Source: Alphaproteobacteria bacterium (GTDB taxonomy: Bacteria > Pseudomonadota > Alphaproteobacteria > Rhizobiales > BM303). Taken from it: a stretch of DNA of 64,000 bases. The notes beneath the pieces are model-generated. The model saw nothing but the letters and a program-made list of their open reading frames with translations, made no database searches and was not told the DNA's origin. The stretch spans positions 4,667 to 68,666 of the forward strand of contig JAJRYE010000035.1 of assembly GCA_024275895.1 (NCBI GenBank), written 5' to 3'. Of the stretch, positions 16,009 to 25,198 are shown one piece after another. The position numbers and the translations under genes are program-made. Numbering within the stretch: position 1 is the stretch's first letter; each line of letters opens with the position of its first letter.

Positions 16009-17301
16009 ATGATCAATGATTACCCGGCCAGTTATTACGCCCATACCATGATTGAGGCGCCGGTGCGGTCTCCGCTGAAGGGGCGCCTTGACGCCGATGT
16101 CTGCGTCATCGGCGCGGGCTATGCCGGGCTGACATGTGCACTGGAACTGGCAAAGGCCGGTGTTGATGTTGTTGTCCTTGAAGCCGAGCGGGTCGGCTGG
16201 GGGGCTTCGGGGCGAAATGGTGGCTTTGTCTCGCCCCGCTATGCGCAGGATTTGGACGCGATCATCAAGACCGCCGGGCTCCGGCAGGCCCGCGAGCTGT
16301 TTGAACTCTCCCGCGAGGGCGTTGCCGCTATTCGCGCCATGATAACCCGCTATGATATGCGCGGCGTTGACCTCGTGCCGGGATATCTGCATGTGCAGCG
16401 CTATGATGATATGCAAAATATCGCTAAACTTCAAAACCGGCTCGCAGTGGATTTTGGCTATGAAGTTAAAACCCTGGACCGGGAAGAGCTTGGCTGCCTG
16501 CTCTCGACCCGGCGCTATCATCAGGCCTGGTATGAGAGCGATGAAGCCTTTCACATCCATCCGCTGAATTATGCTCTGGGGCTGGCCAGGGCGGCCGGAA
16601 CCGAAGGGGCGCGCATATTCGAGCATTCAAGGGTCACCCGGCTGGAACGGGGCGGCAATATCAAAGCCGTTCATACGGGGCAGGGGCAAATCCGCTGCAA
16701 ACATGTGGTTTTTTGCGCCAGCGCCTATATGAAAGGCGTGTTTGCGCCCGTATCTTCGGCCATATTGCCGGTTGCGACCTATGTCGTGGCGACCGAACCT
16801 TTGGGAGACCGGCTGGTTGCGGCGATAAAAACCGGCGCCGCCATAGTGGAGTCGCGCCGAGCCAGTAATTATTACCGCATCAGCGGGCAAAACCGCCTGT
16901 TATGGGGCGGGCGTATCACCACAAGGCAAAGTGAGCCAGCAGCACTGGCGGCAATGATGAAACGCGATATTCTTGGCGTTTATCCCCGGCTCGGCGATTT
17001 CAACATCGATTTTGCTTGGGGCGGCCTGATGGGTTACGCGGTGCATAAAATGCCGCTTGTTGCGCAAATCAGGGAAAACATCTGGGTGGCCAGCGCCTTT
17101 GGCGGCCACGGCCTCAACACCGCGACCGCCGGCGGCAAGGTGATCGCCGGGGCCATTGCTCACGGCAATGACCGTTATAAGCTCTTCGCCCCCTATAAAG
17201 CGCGCTGGGCCGGCGGCATGATCGGGCGCGCCGCCGTGCAGTTGAGTTACTGGAAAATGCAATTTGAGGACAAAATCAGGGAAACGATACCGCCCGCATA
17301 A
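16009..17301 (+). CDS. FAD-dependent oxidoreductase (DAO family, gamma-glutamylputrescine oxidase-like)
   Basis: DVCVIGAGYAGLTCALELAKAGVDVVVLEA dinucleotide-binding fold. 430 aa, with a GGHGLN C-terminal motif. Confidence 0.85.
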   Translation: MINDYPASYYAHTMIEAPVRSPLKGRLDADVCVIGAGYAGLTCALELAKAGVDVVVLEAERVGWGASGRNGGFVSPRYAQDLDAIIKTAGLRQARELFELSREGVAAIRAMITRYDMRGVDLVPGYLHVQRYDDMQNIAKLQNRLAVDFGYEVKTLDREELGCLLSTRRYHQAWYESDEAFHIHPLNYALGLARAAGTEGARIFEHSRVTRLERGGNIKAVHTGQGQIRCKHVVFCASAYMKGVFAPVSSAILPVATYVVATEPLGDRLVAAIKTGAAIVESRRASNYYRISGQNRLLWGGRITTRQSEPAALAAMMKRDILGVYPRLGDFNIDFAWGGLMGYAVHKMPLVAQIRENIWVASAFGGHGLNTATAGGKVIAGAIAHGNDRYKLFAPYKARWAGGMIGRAAVQLSYWKMQFEDKIRETIPPA

Positions 17302-17504
17302 CCGCGTCCATTTTGCGCCGTAACATGCCGGGAGGGTGGTATAAACCGGTCTCCGCAACAGACCGGGCAATTTCGCAGTGAGATTAAATTAGTTAAAATT
17401 TGCATCGGCAAAGCAATTATATTTATACACCGCCTTGTTATGCTGCCTTTCAGATGAACGGTCCGCAACTTCAAAATCAGGATCTGAAAGGCAACATTCC
17501 GGAT

Positions 17505-18377
17505 ATGCGAGCGCACCAGTATATCATTTTCGCAGTCGCCATCCTCTCCGGCGGTACCGCCGCCTACAGGGCGATGGAATCCGAAACTCCTGTCGCCATC
17601 ATAGACAAGATTGTTGCGGCTGAACCTGCAAAGCCGGTTCCACTCACGCAAACCGTTATCGTAGCGGCCCGGCCGCTGGAATTTGGCAAAAAGATAATGC
17701 CGGATGATCTTAAAGAGGTTAAATGGCCCGCCGATGCAATGCCTGCAGGTTATATCTCCAGCAAGGCGGATATTATCGTCAGTGGCAAGCCCCCCCGTAT
17801 CGTATTGGGCGCAATCGAGACTAATGAGCCTGTTTTGGCCGGCAAACTTTCGCGGCCGGGTCAAAAAGCCGCCCTCTCGGCGCTTCTCGGCAAAGGCATG
17901 AAGGCGGTAACCCTGCGGGTGAACGCGGTGGCGGGCGTTGCCGGATTTGTCCTGCCCGGAGATATTGTTGACATATTGAATACGCGCAACAGGCAATCCG
18001 ATGTCGTATCCGATCCTGATGCGGTCAGCACCTATACCGATGTGCTGATACAGGGGGTAAAGGTGCTGGCGGTGGATCAGCGCTCGCGCAGTGAAACCGA
18101 CAAGCCGGTAATCGCCAACACGGTCACCGTTGAGGTGACCACAAGGCAGGCCCAGAAACTGGCTCTGGCCGCCTCCATCGGCAAGTTATCGCTGATGCTC
18201 CGCCCCTTCGGCGCCCCTGACAGCGAAAAGGTGCAGCGCATAACCCTGAACGATCTGGGCAACGGATTATCCGGTTCCCATTCAGGGCGGGACGATGGCG
18301 CGATGGTGATGGTCGGCATCACTCGCGGCGTGCAGAGAAATGAATACCCGGTTCGGGCGCGTCTGAATTTGAATTGA
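17505..18377 (+). CDS. cpaB: Flp/Tad pilus assembly protein CpaB (RcpC-like)
   Basis: ATG at 17505. N-terminal TM, SAF-like region (VIVAARPLEFGKKIMPDDL) and a C-terminal beta-rich domain typical of CpaB. Confidence 0.85.
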   Translation: MRAHQYIIFAVAILSGGTAAYRAMESETPVAIIDKIVAAEPAKPVPLTQTVIVAARPLEFGKKIMPDDLKEVKWPADAMPAGYISSKADIIVSGKPPRIVLGAIETNEPVLAGKLSRPGQKAALSALLGKGMKAVTLRVNAVAGVAGFVLPGDIVDILNTRNRQSDVVSDPDAVSTYTDVLIQGVKVLAVDQRSRSETDKPVIANTVTVEVTTRQAQKLALAASIGKLSLMLRPFGAPDSEKVQRITLNDLGNGLSGSHSGRDDGAMVMVGITRGVQRNEYPVRARLNLN

Positions 18378-18425
18378 CAACAATAATAAAAACTCGGCAG
18401 GCATCGAGGCAGGGGAAGATTTAAA

Positions 18426-19925
18426 ATGACCAAGGTGACGACAACAGGGCGAATTGGCTACCCATTACGCCGTAAAATTCCTTCTGCGGGAAAACGGGTC
18501 ATTTTTGCTTTGGTTTCGCTTGCCTGTCTGGTTTTTTTCCCTGGCCTTGGCGCACCGGCTCTTAATGCCGCACCGGGCAACAAGGGCGATGTGCCGGGTT
18601 TGTCGGTCAAACACATCTCTCTGGCCCTGAACAAATCCAGAAGGTTGCGTATCGGGCGCGCTTTTGGCGAAGTGGTGGTGGGAAACGCCGAGATTGCCGA
18701 TGCCCGCCCCCTGACCAACACGACCATCTACATCCTCGGCAAATCCATCGGCACCACCAATCTGTCGGTCTATGACCAGAACAAATATCTCATTGGCATC
18801 ATCGATATTGAGATTACCTACGACATCAGGGCCCTGCGGCGCAAATTGCGCCAGAATGTGCGCACGGGCAATCTGAAGGTGACTTCGGTCAATGGCCGCG
18901 TGATGCTGAGCGGTTCGGTTCCTGATGCTCCTACCTTGCAAAGAGCCATCGCCATCGCCAACCAGTTCGCGCCCGATGCGGTGCTGAACTCGGTTTCCAT
19001 CGGCTCCACCCAGCAGGTCATGCTGGAGGTTCGCTTTGTCGAGGCTTTCTCCAGCGCCAGCCGCGAGCTTGGGCTGCGATGGGATGTGCTGGGCAAGCGT
19101 TTTGCCGGTATAATCGGCGGCGCGGGCGCAACCACCGCCGGCGGCCCGGTGGCGGCGGCGGGGCTTGCAAGCTCGCTGCCTTCAGGCTCGGCTCCTTTTG
19201 GCTCTGTTGTTGGCAGATTGCTGAGCGGCGGGACCACAGCCGACAGCATCATTCAGGCGCTTGAAACCAAAGGTCTGGCGCGGCGTCTGGCGGAACCCAA
19301 TCTGGTGGCGCTGTCGGGCGATACGGCTAGCTTTCTCGCTGGCGGCGAATTTCCCTTTCCGGTTCCGGCCGGGAACGGCGATATCACGATCAAATTCAAG
19401 AAATTCGGTGTTGGGCTTTCCTTTACCCCCACGGTTTTGGCCGGCGGGCTGATCAATCTTAAAATCGAGCCCGAAGTCAGCCAGCTTGACCCGTCCAACT
19501 CGTTGCGGATTAACGGCATTGACATCCCGGCGCTGATTGTCCGGCGCACCAAGACCACAATCGAGCTACGCGACGGGCAGAGTTTCGCCATCGCCGGTTT
19601 GCTACAAACCACCAATACCAAATCCGGCCGCGGCCTGCCATGGATTACCCGCATGCCGGTGCTGGGGAGCCTGTTCAGCAGCCGCTCCTACCTGAAACAG
19701 CAGACCGATCTGGTGATCATCGTCACGCCGCGCCTTGTGCGCCCTGCCGCGCCGGGCCAGCATCTGGCCACTCCGCTTGACAACACACTCCCCGCCAATG
19801 ACGCCCAGTTCTTCCTTGGCGGCAAACAGCAGATCCGCAAGACCGCCGCTTCGGCCGGTTTGTCGAAACTGGCCGGTCAGGTCGGTTATGCCAGAGGCAG
19901 TTATGGCCATCTGCTTGGATTTTAA
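18426..19925 (+). CDS. cpaC: Tad/Flp secretin CpaC/RcpA
   Basis: Signal peptide, BON-like N-domains and a secretin core (AEPNLVALSGDTASFLAGGEFPFP ... IELRDGQSFAIAGLL ... PVLGSLFSS ... LVIIVTPRLV). Confidence 0.9.
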   Translation: MTKVTTTGRIGYPLRRKIPSAGKRVIFALVSLACLVFFPGLGAPALNAAPGNKGDVPGLSVKHISLALNKSRRLRIGRAFGEVVVGNAEIADARPLTNTTIYILGKSIGTTNLSVYDQNKYLIGIIDIEITYDIRALRRKLRQNVRTGNLKVTSVNGRVMLSGSVPDAPTLQRAIAIANQFAPDAVLNSVSIGSTQQVMLEVRFVEAFSSASRELGLRWDVLGKRFAGIIGGAGATTAGGPVAAAGLASSLPSGSAPFGSVVGRLLSGGTTADSIIQALETKGLARRLAEPNLVALSGDTASFLAGGEFPFPVPAGNGDITIKFKKFGVGLSFTPTVLAGGLINLKIEPEVSQLDPSNSLRINGIDIPALIVRRTKTTIELRDGQSFAIAGLLQTTNTKSGRGLPWITRMPVLGSLFSSRSYLKQQTDLVIIVTPRLVRPAAPGQHLATPLDNTLPANDAQFFLGGKQQIRKTAASAGLSKLAGQVGYARGSYGHLLGF

Positions 19926-19938
19926 TCAGGTGAAATCT

Positions 19939-20229
19939 ATGTCACATTCCGCATTACTGAAAATCATCACCGGCGCTTTTCTCCTGGGCTCATTATCCGC
20001 CTGCGCCCAGTATCTTGATCACAATGAGGGCGTTAGCCTGAGCGCCGGCAATGCCGTTGCCCATAACAAGGCGGTGCAGATGATCGATCCGTGGCCGCTC
20101 TACGGCGCCCGGACAAATGTCTCCGCCAATGGCGAACGGATGCTGGTCGGTCTGAAGAAATACCGCGAAAACAAAACCGAAGAGCCGGAAAAAAACCCCA
20201 CCCAGGGCGATGCAAAGAGCGAGGAGTAA
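19939..20229 (+). CDS. small Tad-locus lipoprotein (CpaD-position, much shorter than typical CpaD)
   Basis: ATG at 19939. Lipobox LGSLSAC. 96 aa, immediately after cpaC. Confidence 0.55.
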   Translation: MSHSALLKIITGAFLLGSLSACAQYLDHNEGVSLSAGNAVAHNKAVQMIDPWPLYGARTNVSANGERMLVGLKKYRENKTEEPEKNPTQGDAKSEE

Positions 20230-20233
20230 TTTC

Positions 20234-20764
20234 ATGCCGGGCCTCACAATTCATAGAACTGTCCGCGTAGTTTTTGTCGTGGCGCTGGCCGCTTCGCTTT
20301 CTGCCTGCATGACGCAAAACCCTTTTGGCAACCCGTTGAACGCCGCCAGGGCAACCTCCGGCTCCGGAACGTCAAAAGCAGCAATTGATCAGGGCAAGAA
20401 ATATTTTCTCAATGGCGATTACGGCAATGCGGAAAGATATTTTCGTATCGCGGTTGAAAAATCCGCCAATGACGTCAACGCCTGGGTTGGCCTTGCTGCC
20501 TCCTATGATCATCTTGCCCGCTTTAAACTGTCAAAACGCGCCTATGCCCAGGCGATTGAACTGGGTGGCAAAACCCCGATTATCCTCAATAATCTGGGTT
20601 ATTCCTATCTTCTGCAAGGCAAATTGAAAAAAGCGCGGCGGCATTTTCTCATGGCGGCCAGAAAAGCACCGGAAAATACCCATATCAGAAACAATCTGAC
20701 CCTGTTGCGCGCCAGTGAGAAAAACATGGCGGCAAATTATCGGAGCTTGATAAAAAAATCCTGA
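20234..20764 (+). CDS. TPR-repeat lipoprotein (TadD-like)
   Basis: ATG at 20234 lies 7 nt after GAGGAG. Lipobox LAASLSAC. TPR repeats (YFLNGDYGNAERYFRIAVE, NAWVGLAASYDHL, NNLGYSYLLQGKLKKARRHF). Confidence 0.75.
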   Translation: MPGLTIHRTVRVVFVVALAASLSACMTQNPFGNPLNAARATSGSGTSKAAIDQGKKYFLNGDYGNAERYFRIAVEKSANDVNAWVGLAASYDHLARFKLSKRAYAQAIELGGKTPIILNNLGYSYLLQGKLKKARRHFLMAARKAPENTHIRNNLTLLRASEKNMAANYRSLIKKS

Positions 20765-20815
20765 GCGTCAGTTAAAAACCAGCTCTGTTCTGCCCGGTGG
20801 CAGGGCGCGGCGCTG

Positions 20816-22093
20816 TTAATAGGCCAGCATTTCATAAGGGATAAAGGCCAGAAGATCGCCCTTCTCCATGCTTGCCAATTCTTCGGGCAACTCGATAAGC
20901 CCGTCGGATTCGCGCAAGGAGCTGATCAGGCCGGAGCCGTCGCGGCTGTATCTGTCGGCATGAAGCACGCCGTCTTTTTCGATAAGAGAGCCGCGCATGA
21001 ACTCGCGCCTTCCGGTTTTGCGTCCGGGCATGTCAAAGGCGGAAGGCAGGAAGAGCCGCCGCGGAGGGGTCCAGTTCGCACCGCCCATGCGGGCCAGCAG
21101 CGGGCGGGCATAGAGCCAGAAGGTCACGGCGGCGGCGACCGGATTGCCCGGAAGGCCCAGGAACACCGCCTCGCCGATCTGGCCAAAGCCCAAAGGCTTG
21201 CCCGGTTTGATGGCGAGCCGCCACATATTGAGGCTGCCAAGAGCGCTGACGGCGGCGCTCATATGATCCTCGTCGCCCTGGCTTGAGCCGCCCGAGGTCA
21301 GAATCAGATCATGGTTGGCGGCAGCTTCTTCAAGCGCATCGCGCACCACATCAAAGCGGTCCGGCAATATGCCAAGATCGGTAACGGTGACGGGCAGGGA
21401 GCCGAGCAGGGCGTTGAGCAAAAATGTATTTGAATCATAAACCGCGCCGGGGCGGAAAACCTCGCCGGGACGGATGATTTCGTCGCCGCTGGAGACCAGC
21501 GCCACTTTCAGAGGAGCGTAGCATTCAATCTCGCCGGCGCCGGTAGAAGCAATGGCGGCGATATCCTGCGGGCGCAGCCGGGTGCCTTTGGCGACAAGCT
21601 CGGCGCCTCTGGCGACATCTTCACCGGCAAGGCGGCGATTGGCGCCTTTTTTCACCCCGGCCGGGAGGGTGACAAATTGTTGCCCGCTGCGTTCAAAAGC
21701 CTGCGCTTCTTCCTGCATCACGACGCTGTCCGCGCCTTCGGGCATTTTTGCTCCGGTGAAGATGCGCACGGCCTCGCCCGCCTTTAGCGGGCGCTCCAGC
21801 GGATGGCCGGCGGCAACAACCCCGGTGACGGGCAGCTGTGTCTCCCCGTTCAGGCTGTCATGGGCCACGGCATAGCCGTCCATGGCGGCGTTGTCGAAGG
21901 CCGGAATGGGGCGCGGCGCGATTACCGGCGCCGCCAGAACCCGGCCCGCGGCCCCGCCCAAGGCGACGTACGCGGTTTTGCTGACGGTGCGAGTGCGCGC
22001 AAGCAGCATTTTGATCGCGTCGTCATGGCGCATCAACCCGCCATTATGGGCGAAACAGTCATTCTGGGCCGGTTTTGCTGTTTTTTTGTTCAT
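20816..22093 (-). CDS. moeA: molybdopterin molybdotransferase
   Basis: ATG at 22093. MoeA domain order with MDGYAV, SGDE and LTSGGSSQGDED motifs. Confidence 0.9.
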   Translation of the reverse strand: MNKKTAKPAQNDCFAHNGGLMRHDDAIKMLLARTRTVSKTAYVALGGAAGRVLAAPVIAPRPIPAFDNAAMDGYAVAHDSLNGETQLPVTGVVAAGHPLERPLKAGEAVRIFTGAKMPEGADSVVMQEEAQAFERSGQQFVTLPAGVKKGANRRLAGEDVARGAELVAKGTRLRPQDIAAIASTGAGEIECYAPLKVALVSSGDEIIRPGEVFRPGAVYDSNTFLLNALLGSLPVTVTDLGILPDRFDVVRDALEEAAANHDLILTSGGSSQGDEDHMSAAVSALGSLNMWRLAIKPGKPLGFGQIGEAVFLGLPGNPVAAAVTFWLYARPLLARMGGANWTPPRRLFLPSAFDMPGRKTGRREFMRGSLIEKDGVLHADRYSRDGSGLISSLRESDGLIELPEELASMEKGDLLAFIPYEMLAY

Positions 22094-22209
22094 GCTTTTT
22101 AGGTCCTCGGATTGTCCGGCTATCACATATGCATCATTGCCGGTCAAGTCCGGCGGTGATGAAAACGCAAAAAGCCCGTAAAACACAAGAAATTTAACCC
22201 TGTGACGGA

Positions 22210-22238
22210 TTGACACTGGTATGAAAATGAAAAAATAC
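22210..22238 (+). promoter_or_regulatory. sigma70-like promoter candidate for korAB
   Basis: TTGACA (22210-22215), 17-nt spacer, AATACT (22233-22238), about 60 nt upstream of the korA ATG. Confidence 0.3.
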
Positions 22239-22298
22239 TAAGCTTCGACTCAGGTCTTTTTAGCTAACCTCCAACATTTATTCTGAAAGGCATTTTCC

Positions 22299-24164
22299 AT
22301 GCCAGCCACACAATGTTTTGCCCAGCACGGACAGGGCGGCGTTCCTGATTCGGCCGTGGTGCGCTTTGCCGGTGATTCCGGTGACGGCATTCAGCTTCTG
22401 GGTGATCAGTTCAGCCTCACAAGCGCCATTGCCGGCAATGCGATCTCGACATTTCCCGACTATCCTTCCGAGGTGCGCGCACCGCAGGGCTCAACCTATG
22501 GCGTATCGGCTTTTCAAATCCAGTTTGGCGGGCGCAATATCAAGACAATTGGCGACAGCGCCGATGTCCTGATCGCGTTCAATCCGGCGGCGTTGAAAAC
22601 TAATCTGGAAATACTAAAACCCGGCGGGCTGATTATTGCCGATCAGGGAACCTTTTCAAAGCGGGGTTTGAAAAAGGCGGGTTATGAAACCTCGCCCCTC
22701 ACTGACGGCTCGTTGGAGGGCTACCGGCTTTTAGCGATAGATATAACCAAACAAACCCTGGCCGCCACTGCGCCATTTGATCTTTCCAAGAAAGACAAGC
22801 AAAGGTGTAAAAATTTCTGGGGCCTGGGACTCATTTTCTGGCTGTTTCACCAAAAGCGCGCCACAACTACCGCTTGGCTGGACCGGAAATTTGCCAAAAA
22901 ACCCGAAATCGCCAGGGCCAATATCGCCGCGCTCAATGCCGGGCATGCTTATGGCGAGAATATCGAGGCTTCCCATGAACTGTATTCGTGCCATATTCCG
23001 GCGGCGGAGATGCCACCGGGCAAATACCGCGCGGTCACCGGCTCGCAGGCGGCGGCCTGGGGGCTTGCGGCGGCGAGTGAACTGAGCGGGCGTCCGCTGG
23101 TGTTTTCGTCCTATCCGATCACACCGGCCACAACGATTTTACATCATCTGGCGCGGCTGAAGGATCTTGGCGTGATTACTTTTCAGGCGGAAGATGAAAT
23201 CGCCGCCATGTGCGCCGCTATCGGAACGGCGTTTGCGGGTTCTCTCGGGGCAACGGCAAGTTCAGGGCCCGGTATCGCGCTGAAAACCGAGGCGATCGGG
23301 CTGGCGGTTGCCGCCGAGCTTCCAGTGGTTATCATCAACAGCCAGCGGGCGGGGCCCTCCACCGGTCTGCCGACGAAAACCGAACAGTCGGATTTGTATC
23401 AGGCGGTTTACGGGCGTAATGGCGACACCCCGCTCCCGGTATTGGCGGCGCGCTCGCCGGCTGATTGTTTTGACGTCACGATCGAGGCGGTGCGCATTGC
23501 CCTGAAATACATGACACCGGTGATGATGCTGATGGATGGCTATCTGGGCAATGCCTCCGAGCCCTGGCTTATTCCCGATATGAACAAACTGCCTGATATC
23601 AGCGTAAAAAACTGCACTGACCCGGAAGGATTTTCACCTTTCAAACGCGATGCGGACACTCTGGCGCGGCTCTGGGCCATACCGGGGACACCGGGGCTTG
23701 AGCACCGGATCGGCGGTTTGGAGCGCGATTATGTTACGGGGGATGTTTCCTACGATCCCGGCAATCATCAAAAAATGTCGCAGATCCGCATCGACAAGGT
23801 GAAGGGGATCGCCTCTGACTTGCCGGAACTGGAGATTGACCAGGGCGAGCGCGATGCCGAACTTGGCGTTATCGGCTGGGGCTCGACCTATGGTCCGATA
23901 TCGCGCGCGGTCAGTAATATGCGCGAGAAGGGGGCCAGTGTCGCCCATGTGCATTTGCGCTATCTCTATCCGTTTGCCCGCAACCAGTGCGAGATCACCA
24001 GCGGGTTTGGGCGCATTCTGGTGCCGGAGATGAATATGGGACAACTCGTTACCGTTATGCGCGACAATAACTGCCCCCCGGCGGAGGGTTTTTCCAAGGT
24101 TACGGGACGCCCCTTTACGGTCACGGAACTTGAAGAGGCCATCGCGGCCCGGCTTGGAGGTTGA
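22299..24164 (+). CDS. korA: 2-oxoacid:ferredoxin (acceptor) oxidoreductase subunit alpha
   Basis: 621 aa with a fused gamma/alpha-type arrangement (VRFAGDSGDGIQLLG ... SYPITPAT ... ) characteristic of two-subunit KorAB/OFOR. Confidence 0.9.
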   Translation: MPATQCFAQHGQGGVPDSAVVRFAGDSGDGIQLLGDQFSLTSAIAGNAISTFPDYPSEVRAPQGSTYGVSAFQIQFGGRNIKTIGDSADVLIAFNPAALKTNLEILKPGGLIIADQGTFSKRGLKKAGYETSPLTDGSLEGYRLLAIDITKQTLAATAPFDLSKKDKQRCKNFWGLGLIFWLFHQKRATTTAWLDRKFAKKPEIARANIAALNAGHAYGENIEASHELYSCHIPAAEMPPGKYRAVTGSQAAAWGLAAASELSGRPLVFSSYPITPATTILHHLARLKDLGVITFQAEDEIAAMCAAIGTAFAGSLGATASSGPGIALKTEAIGLAVAAELPVVIINSQRAGPSTGLPTKTEQSDLYQAVYGRNGDTPLPVLAARSPADCFDVTIEAVRIALKYMTPVMMLMDGYLGNASEPWLIPDMNKLPDISVKNCTDPEGFSPFKRDADTLARLWAIPGTPGLEHRIGGLERDYVTGDVSYDPGNHQKMSQIRIDKVKGIASDLPELEIDQGERDAELGVIGWGSTYGPISRAVSNMREKGASVAHVHLRYLYPFARNQCEITSGFGRILVPEMNMGQLVTVMRDNNCPPAEGFSKVTGRPFTVTELEEAIAARLGG

Positions 24165-24169
24165 AAACC

Positions 24170-25198
24170 ATGGATACGAAAACAGATACGGTGTCCCCGC
24201 CGCTCACGATCAAGGATTTTGCCTCGGATCAGGAAGTTCGCTGGTGTCCCGGCTGCGGTGATTATTCGGTTATAAAAGCGGTGCAGAAAACGCTGGTGGA
24301 AGTGGGCGCGAAACGCGAAAACACGGTCTTTGTTTCCGGTATCGGCTGTTCGTCGCGCTTTCCCTATTACATGGATACCTATGGTTTTCATGGTATTCAC
24401 GGCCGCGCCCCGGCAATTGCCTCGGGGCTGTTGCTGGCCAATCCTGATCTTGATGTCTGGATCATTACCGGAGATGGTGACGGGCTCTCCATCGGCGGCA
24501 ATCATATGCTGCATGTCCTGCGTCATAACTACAACTGCGTGATCCTGCTGTTCAATAACGGGGTTTACGGCCTCACCAAGGGGCAATATTCGCCTACCTC
24601 GGAGAGGGGGCAGATCACGCCGTCCTCGCCCATGGGTGTGATCGACCCGCCGCTGGAGCCGATCCAGTTCGCCATTGGTGCCGGGGCGCATTTTGTCGCC
24701 CGCGTGGTGGATATCCAGCAGCAGCAGATGATTGATGTTCTGAAAGCCGCCTATGAGCATAAGGGCGCGGCCATGATTGAAATTTTCCAGAACTGCACCG
24801 TGTTCAATGACGGGATGTGCGACAGCTTTGCGACCAAAAGCACCAAATTCGAGCATCAGATCGAACTGGTTGCGGGACAACCTCTCATTTATGGCAAGGC
24901 GCGTGACAAGGGGTTTAAATGCGATCCCGGCAGCCTCAGCCTGAAGAGTTATGATATTGGCGGCGAGGATGATGATGGCCATGGCGCGATTGTCCACGAT
25001 CCGGCCAACCGCTCACTGGCTTTCATGCTGGCGCAGATGCAGATGCCGGAATACCCCGTAGCGACAGGCGTGATTTATAATGCGCCGGAGGCGTCCTATG
25101 AGCGTGAAGCCATGCGGCAGGTTGAAGAGGCAAAAGCCTCGTCAGACCGCAAATCCGTGACCGATGTTCTCAATCAGGGCTTTACATGGGAGGTGTAA
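24170..25198 (+). CDS. korB: 2-oxoacid:ferredoxin oxidoreductase subunit beta (TPP-binding)
   Basis: WCPGCGDY, GIGCSSRF and the GDGD..IGGNH TPP motif. ATG at 24170 lies 9 nt after GGAGG (the track start TTG at 24161 is also possible). Confidence 0.9.
   Translation: MDTKTDTVSPPLTIKDFASDQEVRWCPGCGDYSVIKAVQKTLVEVGAKRENTVFVSGIGCSSRFPYYMDTYGFHGIHGRAPAIASGLLLANPDLDVWIITGDGDGLSIGGNHMLHVLRHNYNCVILLFNNGVYGLTKGQYSPTSERGQITPSSPMGVIDPPLEPIQFAIGAGAHFVARVVDIQQQQMIDVLKAAYEHKGAAMIEIFQNCTVFNDGMCDSFATKSTKFEHQIELVAGQPLIYGKARDKGFKCDPGSLSLKSYDIGGEDDDGHGAIVHDPANRSLAFMLAQMQMPEYPVATGVIYNAPEASYEREAMRQVEEAKASSDRKSVTDVLNQGFTWEV

Noticed and set aside
17302-17504. Flp pilin or prepilin peptidase gene upstream of cpaB
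   Set aside because: I translated the spacer in all frames by eye. There is no small ORF with a G/(A,E)TAIEY-type Flp motif, only a weak hairpin and AT-rich promoter-like DNA.
15901-17996. Minus-strand ORFs 15901..16626, 16627..16890, 16900..17370 and 17247..17996
   Set aside because: All are antisense to the FAD oxidoreductase or cpaB, or they straddle intergenic DNA. They have no motifs and their codon usage is inconsistent with real genes here.
22221-22262. 13-codon upstream ORF (MKMKNTKLRLRSF) ahead of korA as a leader peptide
   Set aside because: It overlaps the putative -10 region, has no ribosome-binding site and no attenuator structure. It probably arises by chance in AT-rich promoter DNA.
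23966-24997. 343-aa minus-strand ORF
   Set aside because: It is antisense to korB (and the end of korA). The composition is Arg/Gly/His-rich. Shadow ORF.
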